From: Octopus vulgaris
Taxonomy: Eukaryota
Reading direction: 5' to 3'
NCBI GenBank assembly: GCA_951406725.2
Contig: OX597823.1
Span: 78,740,001-78,804,000, forward strand
DNA length: 64,000 nt
Shown here in pieces: positions 55,980 to 64,000 of the stretch (positions are counted from its first letter, which is position 1; the number at the start of each line of letters is the position of its first letter). Both the position numbers and the translations under genes were made by a program. The notes under the pieces were generated by a model. That model had not been told where the DNA came from, searched no databases, and saw nothing but the letters and a program-made list of their open reading frames with translations.

Positions 55980-56131
55980 TTGTTATTGTTCTTACAAAAG
56001 AAGCTCTTCGCAGAGACCTCGTTATCAAAATAAAACATACAATCTACATACACCTATCTAGAGTGTATGTTTTATTTTGATAACGAGGGTCCCTGCGAAG
56101 AGGTCTTTTGTAAGAACAAACAATAACAAAT
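55977..56131. repeat. Fold-back inverted repeat, arms about 70 bp
   Basis: ctcgttatcaaaataaaacatac / gtatgttttattttgataacgag; extended by (GT)n and (AC)n flanks. Confidence 0.85.
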
Positions 56132-56846
56132 ACACACACACACACGCACACGCACACACAAACACACACACACACACATACACGCCGTTCAAGAATTTGA
56201 ACCTGGAGATCTCCATTTCCAGGGACTTTTAGGGCCAACTCCCAGTGGTGTCGGGCGTCAACGAAGAGCCCTCGACTACAACAAGACGACCAACTTTTTT
56301 TCCCAAGGTCTGGGGTTTCCCGCCCGCTAAAGACCTAGACCATCGCCTAATCACCCTTACCCGTCTTGTTGCTTAACAACAACAACAACAACAACACACA
56401 CACACACACACAATATTTGCAAGGCTGAAGTTATAAATCGATATCGAAGTAGACAAATTTGTAAAGCATCGGATAGGATGACTTGTAGTATTTGTTTCGA
56501 TTGTCTTCAATCTGATTTCAGATTTCGAATTTGTGTTCCAGTACCAACAAAAACAGAAAGTATCTTTCTGAAAGCAAACTAAAACATTAGACAAATAGAC
56601 GTAGATACACACATCATACAAAGCTTATTCCTAGTGTCTCTATAATTAATGAACTTTTTTTCAGGTTTTATTCCCCAGTATGATAATAGTCCATGCACGG
56701 AGTTTAATTAATAGAATAGTAATGATCAGTGAATAATATAAACGTTTTTGTAATTGTTTTGCAGCATTTTTCTATTGTTCTTGTATATTGAGAGGGTCAT
56801 TATGCTAATGATAAACATGCACTGATTCTATTTCACTTATTTTATC

Positions 56847-57043
56847 AGCGTAGGAGTGGCTGTGTGGTAAGTAGCTTGCTTACCAACCACATGGTTCTGG
56901 GTCCAGTCCCACTGCGTGGCACCTTGGGCAAATATTTTCTGCTATAGCCTCGGGCCGACCAAAGCCTTGTGAGTGGATTTGGTTGACGAAAACTGAAAGA
57001 AGCCCGTCGTATATATGTATATATATATATATATACGTGTGTG

Positions 57044-57078
<35 letters not shown>

Positions 57079-57287
57079 CTGTTTTTGTCCCCCCAAACAT
57101 CGCTTGACGACCGATGCTGGTGTGTTTACGTCCCTGTAACTTAACGGTTCGGCAAAAGAGACCGATAGAATAAGTACTAGGCTTATAAAGAATACGTCCT
57201 GGGGTCGATTTGCTTGACTAAAGGCGGTGCTCCAGCATGGTCGCAGTCAAATGACTGAAACAAGTAAAAGAGTAAAAGAGAGTAAAA
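56847..57287 (+). mobile_element. SINE family C
   Basis: Full head-to-tail match. Confidence 0.9.
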
Positions 57288-57653
57288 ATTATATGATAGT
57301 GTGTGTGTACAGAAACCTATTAATTAACTTACATTTGGGCTGGAATGCAGTCGTATTGAAATAGATGCTGGCATTTGATGTTTATTTCCATGAAGTATTC
57401 AAATATATTTATATCGTATTCTGTTTTGATCTCGTTGAGCAAAATATAGGTAATATATTTCACACGAGATTTCATGATCTTTTTGATCTTTCATAGAATT
57501 TTGTAGTTTAATAATTTTGAAAGATGACACAATTTACTTTGAAAAAAAAAAATTAATTGCTATTTTGAGTTGAAGATGAATCATGTAGAACAGACACAAC
57601 TGAAAGTATATGTTTTCATATAAGTATCGCTGATAAATATATACATCTGTATA

Positions 57654-57955
57654 TGGCGGCGAGCTGGCAGAATCGTTAGCACTATGGCTGAAATGCTTAG
57701 CGGTATTTCGTCTGCCGTTACGTTCCGAGTTCAAATTCTGCAGAGGTCGACTTTGCCTTTCATCCTTTCGGGGTCGATAAATTAAGTACCAGTTACGCAC
57801 TGGGATCGATGTAATCGACTTAATCCGTTTGTCTGTCCTTGTTTGTTCTCTCTGTGTTTAGCCCCTTGTGGGTAGTAAAGAAATAGAAATAGGTATTTCG
57901 TCTGTCGTTACATTCTGAGTTCAAATTCTTCCGAGGTCGACTTTGCCTTTCATCT
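57654..57955 (+). mobile_element. SINE family B with start of second unit
   Basis: Same unit junction as in the 23.4-24.3 kb array. Confidence 0.88.
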
Positions 57956-58169
57956 TTATTTCCCTCAAATAATAATTATATATATATACCAATGAATACA
58001 TACATACAAACAAATATATAGACATATGTAAATGTATATACAAACATCTATATATATACATACATACAAACAAATATATAGACATATGTAAATGTATATA
58101 CAAACATCTATATATATAAGCACATATACATAAACATCCCATTTCTTTGTAGAAGAGAGGACCCAATAG

Positions 58170-59660
58170 TATATGTTGTACTTACTATGGTAATGCCTTG
58201 TTCTCAGTTGTTGGCAAAATATTTGCTAGGACACTTCTCAATCAGTGGCTGGATCATGTTGCGCCAGACATTCTTCCTGAGTTACAATGCGGCTTTCGTC
58301 TGAATTGAGCTACACTTGATATGTTCTTTAGAGCCCGACAGGTTCAAGAGAAGGACAGCGAACATCTTGACACTACATAGGCCAACTCTTTGAGGTGTCC
58401 TCTTCAAACTGGAGTGGCGGAAAAATTCACAAGGCTAATTCGATTTCTTCGTGACAACATGAAAGCATTGGTTTGTGTCAACGGTGAACTACTAGAACCA
58501 ATAACAATTGAATATGGTGTTAAACAGGGTAATCTCTTGGCTCCCTCATAGTTTCTATGCTATTGTCATTTGGCAAGCCTTTGCGCACAGCGATGTTGGT
58601 ATCTACATCCTTTGCCCTTCAACAAGTAAGCTTTACGACATGAATCGTTTTATTACCGTAACAAAAACTTCCACGGCTCTCATTTGTGATCGATTTGCAC
58701 TAATGATAGCGATCTCGTAACCCCTATTGAGGAAGACCTGATTGACTGCACTTTCGCCGCATGTGATGAGTTTTGCTTAAAATCAGTCTTAAGAAAACAG
58801 TAATGATGTTACAACAAAAATGAGGCAAGCCATATATCTCGTTCTTGATATATGTCAGGTGTAAAAGAGTCACTTAGAAGTAGCGGATGTTTGTCTACCT
58901 TCGTAGCACTCTGTAATTAATACACCTGACAAGAAGATAGTTAGAGACATTCTAAGGCATCTGGAAAGCGTGAGTCGAGATTCTGGTTGAAATCAAAGCG
59001 GCAACGGAAGTTGAGATCTATCAGGTATGTGGCTTAGCCACGCTGTTATACGGATGTGGGACATGGAAAATATTTCGTAGGCATATCCAGTGTATCGAGA
59101 AATTCTACCAGTTGCGCTTCTGGAATATCGTAAGGATCTTATGGTCATCTCATGTACCTGGTACCAGAGTACTACAGCTGGCAAAAACGATGAGTATCCA
59201 ATTCACGTATATGAAACACATACTTGGATGGTCTGGCCATCTTGTGCGTTTAAAGGACACTCGCATACCATAATAGGAGGTATATGGTGGGCTGGAGCAA
59301 CGGACACGTCCTTAGTGCAAGCCTCACTACCAGTCATGCCAAGACAACTTTAATGACTCATTTAAAAAGATTAATTATCGATGCTAACACTTGGGAAAAT
59401 CTTGCATCAGATAGGGTGCTGTGGAGGAATTTGATTGCTACTAGTATTAAAGCATTCAAAACAAAAACAGAGATGAAATGAGCTGGTAAATATATTTAGG
59501 ATGTGAAACTTCTTCCTGAAAAGGACACGGAAGACTCAGTTCCGTGTTACCAGTGAGGTCGTGTCAGCTCCTCAACGGTAGGCTTATTCAGCTACAAGCG
59601 TGATCACGGAGGAAGCACGCTCTCTCGTGCACCTTGTATAGCAGAGCGTGTGCGTCATTT
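58170..59660 (+). pseudogene. Highly degraded RTE-clade LINE ORF2
   Basis: GKIFAR.LL, ILPELQCGFR, ARQVQEK, GVKQG and WENLASDRVLWR motifs across frameshifts. Confidence 0.8.
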
Positions 59661-59980
59661 GGATTCACTCGGCATTGTAGGTTCCCGACATCCACATGGT
59701 TAGGCTGCTGCTAAGGGAGTGACTTCTGGTCGGTGTGGAATGAATTATAAGGCCACAGCTATGGGTAGACCAAATTTGAAATGTTTCTGTGAGCGAAAAG
59801 GGCCTAGGGAGTGGTCTTACTCGGTCACGTCGACTCATATATGTGTGTGTGTGTGTGTGTGTGTGCATGATATAAAAACTATCTGTACGTATACACAAGT
59901 GTTTGTGTGCACGTACGTGTATTTATATATGTATGTGTGTGCATGTGTGCATGTGTGCATGTGAACGTATGTGTGTATGA

Positions 59981-60014
<34 letters not shown>

Positions 60015-60529
60015 AGAGAGAGAGACAGAGAGACAGAGAGACAGGGAGAGAGACAGAGAGGCAGACAGAGAGAGAGAGTGATGCATTTAGCTGTTTGCGG
60101 GTGTTATGTTGTTATTGTCACGTTGTTTTTTCTCATTTAATAACATGTCCACAAAATATTTTGAGCACACTTTTTTCACATTTTATTGTCTTATTCTATA
60201 ACACTCTCCATTAGATTGCTCTACGCTCGTTACTTTGAGATAGAATTCATATTTGATATTTTTTTCCTAAGTTGGTTGAAATCAACTCCGGTAGAAAATC
60301 GTTTTTGCTGCTTCAAGTCAGATGTCGCTTGATTACATGATACTGTTGCTCTTATACATTTTTGGTATCAAATTTTTCCTTCCTCTTTCACAACCAGTAA
60401 CTTTTATATTTTGAATTTATATGGCACAGCCAGTTTCGTTTATTAAATGTTTTCAGTTTTCTTGTTTGTGTTCTAAACATTCATGTTTCCAATAATGTTT
60501 CGTTAATATATTGTTATCTCATCACGGTC

Positions 60530-60910
60530 TATGCTATATATTTCCTGGTGCCTGCGCAGAATACCCAAGATCACATACAGGAATAAATCCACAAACCCTG
60601 AAGTTCTGAGAAGAGCCCAGTAGTGCAACCTGCAAGACGTTGTGTTGGAAAGAAGCGCGTGGCTTGCAGGTCATGTTTTCCGAGTGCCAGAAGAATGAAT
60701 ATCCAAGACAGTTATACAATGGGTACCACCAGAACGATGAAAGAAGACAAGGAAACTGAAAAAGATATGGAGCGCTACCTTCAAAGAAGATCTGAAGCAA
60801 CCTAGCAGGACCTGGTACAGGCAAGAGACTATATTCAAAATCGGAATGACTGCAGTTATCCTGCGGCCCAATGTGCAAGCCAACTATACCGGAGGGACTA
60901 AAACTTTAAA
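60530..60910 (+). mobile_element. RTE-like LINE 3' fragment
   Basis: LAGHVFR, WVPP and TFKEDL C-terminal motifs. Confidence 0.65.
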
Positions 60911-60961
60911 TTATGATGTTCGTTCTCATTTAGAAAAGTATAAACTTTACACAATATCGTT

Positions 60962-61005
60962 GTAAGCTACTATAAATCGGCATGAACTTTCCGGACAATC
61001 CAATA
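60962..61005 (-). mobile_element. Solo mariner TIR, same family as 40846-41408
   Basis: ctataaatcggcatgaactttccggacaatccaata matches 41371-41404. Confidence 0.75.
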
Positions 61006-61167
61006 GTAGTAGTGGTAGTGATAGCAGCTGTAGTGGTGATAGTGGTGGTGGTGGCGGTGGTAGTAGTAGTGGTGGTGGTGGTTGTGGTAGTGTTGGTGGT
61101 GGTGGCAGCGGCGGCGGTAGTAGTAGAACACTATAAAAGTTATTTGTTTTCCTTTCTTTCTTTTCAG

Positions 61168-61287
61168 ATATAAATGAATGCGATTTGAAGGACGGAGGTT
61201 GTGAGGAGATGTGTTTCAACACCCCAGGGAGCTTCTACTGTGCCTGCCATCAGGGTTTCAAGCTCACGGACAAAAGACTATGCCTGG
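61168..61287 (+). CDS. Host exon encoding one calcium-binding EGF-like domain
   Basis: Polypyrimidine tract plus cag acceptor, gtgagg donor, 120 bp, phase 1-1; (D)[39 protein letters not shown] with six Cys and the DINEC / C.N..GSF.C consensus. Confidence 0.93.
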
Positions 61288-61481
61288 GTGAGGACATAAA
61301 GTTGTTTCTATTTTGATGTATACATACAAGCACACGCACGCACACACACACAAACACACACACACACACCACATATCTGTATATATATATACTACTAATA
61401 TAGGGTGAAGTTTTTTCTCTAAAGAAAAAAATTCCATCAAGAAATGTGGCAGCATATTAAAATACCTTTACGGTTAAAATT

Positions 61482-61917
61482 ATAAACAACTTATAAGTAA
61501 GGGCTAAAGAAAATTATTTCAAAGCCAATATGCTGATAACAGACTATTAAATCGTCAATTTCCACATATAATCTACTCGCTACAACAAAAATCGAACTGA
61601 AGTCGGGCAAACTGGCCGTTAGAATATTTAAATTTCGGAATTAATCTCATAAAAGATTTATTCGTCTTCAGTAGAGCTTACGAGAGAATATAAATAAGAT
61701 ACTTACATGCGTCTATGGAAAAAGCCGAAGCAAAAAACATGAGTACATTTAAGTACCCCAGTTATATCTAAAAATAAAAATTCTAACGGCCAGTTTGCCC
61801 GACGTCAGTTCGATTTTTGCTGTAGCGAGTAGATTATATGTGGAAATTGACGATTTAATAGTATGTTATCAGCATATTGGCTTTGAAATAATTTTCTTTA
61901 GCCCTTACTTATAAGTT

Positions 61918-61923
<6 letters not shown>
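61482..61923 (-). mobile_element. Fold-back element (arms about 145 bp) with hammerhead core in the spacer
   Basis: 61482-61625 is the inverted copy of 61780-61923; minus strand CTGAAGA-hairpin-GAAA-tttaaa-TA at 61625-61671. Confidence 0.75.
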
Positions 61924-61966
<43 letters not shown>

Positions 61967-62257
61967 GCTTGCATATATAATATATTTTATTCAGTAGAAA
62001 TTTAGTTGGATTTCCTTCCATATTATCAGAGGAATGGCAATTTATTAAGAGTGTACATATTTCTGTAAGGTACTGTTCATACACACACACACACACATAT
62101 ATCAATATATATGCACAGCTGGGAGTAATTAGGGGTGAATCCATGCTCCAGAGAATTCCAGAACTAGAACCTCTCCAGTGGATGCAGTTTAGTGGATAGG
62201 GGGAAATCCGCGAAGTTGAAAAAAAAACTGTTCCGCATATTTAAAAAGAAATATATA

Positions 62258-62299
<42 letters not shown>

Positions 62300-62497
62300 T
62301 ATCGTAAATGCAAAACAACACCACGGAGGAGTCGACGTAATATTAAGGGATAAACCGTGATAGATGGACCGTGATAGGTGAAACACGATATGGCGAGGGA
62401 TTACTGTACAATCACACATACATATATAACGAAAAATAACGAAACTTCACCCGGCATTTGATTACTTGTGGACGCGTTTCTGAGTAAGATAGATATA

Positions 62498-62644
62498 CTT
62501 TTACACTTTACACTTTTACTTGTTTCAGTCATTTGACTGTGGCCATGCTGGAGCACCACCTTTTTTTTTTAGTCGATCAAATCGACCCCAGGACTTATTC
62601 TTTGTAAGCCTAGTACTTATTCTATCGGTCTCTTTTGCTGAACC
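62498..62644 (-). mobile_element. SINE family C tail fragment
   Basis: Matches 8989-9125. Confidence 0.85.
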
Positions 62645-62986
62645 CTAATTATAATTATACTCATAATTATATAAAGTAATGTTTAAGTTTACCGTAAATG
62701 GTACTTTTAATATGCTGAACACTACTTGGTAGAATTATTAATTACTAATTAATAATTAATTTTACCCTTTATTATTATTGATAATATAATTCTCTCCCTG
62801 ATAATAACCTACAGATTTTTCTGTAGGTATTTGTTGCTCGACAAATGGGTGAAGGAAAATATGAAGCCTCATTTGTATGTTTTGAATTCGTGGGTACTGG
62901 ATGTTGAAAATAGTTTGTCTGATGTTACTTGAATCAGATAGGCATATTCAATTTTTTCAGACCTCTTTAATTTAAAATATTGAAAT

Positions 62987-63069
62987 CTTTGTGCTGATGA
63001 AGAGAATGATAGAATGGAGATGTAATTCTTGCATCTCCATATCTATCTAACTCAGAAACGCGTCCAAAG
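62987..63069 (+). ncRNA. Type I hammerhead ribozyme motif
   Basis: ctttgtg-CTGATGA-long hairpin (gatagaatggagatgta / tgcatctccatatctatc)-GAAA-cgcg-TC-caaag. Confidence 0.75.
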
Positions 63070-63329
63070 TAATCAAATGCCGGGTGAATTTTCGTTATTT
63101 TTTCCTCTATGCCCACGTGAATTGTTTTTGAGTATACATTGTCTGGAAGATTCTTCTTATAGTAGAAGAACTAGCTAAGTTCTTTGGCTGCTATTTCTAA
63201 ACGTTCGGTATGTGGCAAAGCAAATTTTTTTGCTGAACCCTAATTATAATTATACTCATAATTATATAAAGTAATATATATATATATATATATGACAGGC
63301 TTCTCTAAAGGCTTTGGTCAGCGAAGATG

Positions 63330-63438
<109 letters not shown>

Positions 63439-63509
63439 AACGACGATACAACCGGCAACATTAACTGCAGTATATTACCTACTGCGGAACTGTTTCCGGA
63501 ATTTTGCGT

Positions 63510-63944
63510 GCCAGAACTTAGACATTTGAAAATAACACCAATGTAATCGGTAGAACTATATACACATCCAATTTTATAAGGGCAACTAGTGTATAGTTCT
63601 ACAAATTATATTGAATTGGAACGATCGTACTGAAGACTCTACAGACGAGAATCACCCAAGTAATTATCGGTGATGGCGAAACCGATCTATGATTAATTCT
63701 GTATTTTGTATATTTTCATCTGTCTTACCCGCTTATGTTCAGGTATTTGCTGAATTTCTCTAGAGAACATTCATTTCCTTGTAGTTAGATCATAGGTGAT
63801 CTTCATCTAGCATATTGGATGTCCACTTAGTGGTTATCTTTATTATACGCATGTATTACAATTTTTCTGAATTTTCAGATTTTTCTATATGTCAGGCTAC
63901 TGGTTTAAATTGATATTAATTAAATTAATATTCAATTTATCCTC

Positions 63945-63948
<4 letters not shown>
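63510..63948 (+). mobile_element. Penelope-like short element with hammerhead motif
   Basis: atcgta-CTGAAGA..GAAA-ccga-TC-tatgat at 63624-63693; homologue at 22245-22745; ends in (TA)n. Confidence 0.7.
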
Positions 63949-63995
<47 letters not shown>

Positions 63996-64000
63996 ACATA

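Larger units (their letters stand above)
62432..63275 (+). mobile_element. Penelope-like terminal repeat unit with hammerhead, direct and inverted repeats
   Basis: Direct repeat of about 48 bp at 62633 and 63228; inverted partial copy 62432-62497 of 63038-63103. Confidence 0.7.

Noticed and set aside
57996-58118. 60-bp tandem duplication
   Set aside because: Ordinary slippage in microsatellite-derived sequence.

Overview
AT-rich, microsatellite-saturated animal genomic DNA. The SINE repertoire points to a cephalopod, probably Octopus (inference). Almost all of the window is transposon-derived: one near-intact 4.8-kb CR1-group LINE sitting inside a (TA)n array, CR1/Tx1/RTE/Gypsy remnants, mariner/maT/piggyBac/hAT relics, a Helitron cluster at 48-54 kb and many tRNA-derived SINEs. 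Only one host exon is recognisable, a 120-bp calcium-binding EGF exon at 61168-61287. Two signals stand out. (1) Seven type-I hammerhead-ribozyme-like motifs, from about five unrelated Penelope/retrozyme-like short elements, nearly all abutting (TA)n, with family-specific palindromic stem III; in one, a fold-back junction falls at the predicted cleavage site. (2) The LINE ORF1 combines a Myb/SANT-like N-terminus, poly-Q and two CCCH zinc fingers. All calls are by-eye readings without database searches, and boundaries are approximate to a few bases.
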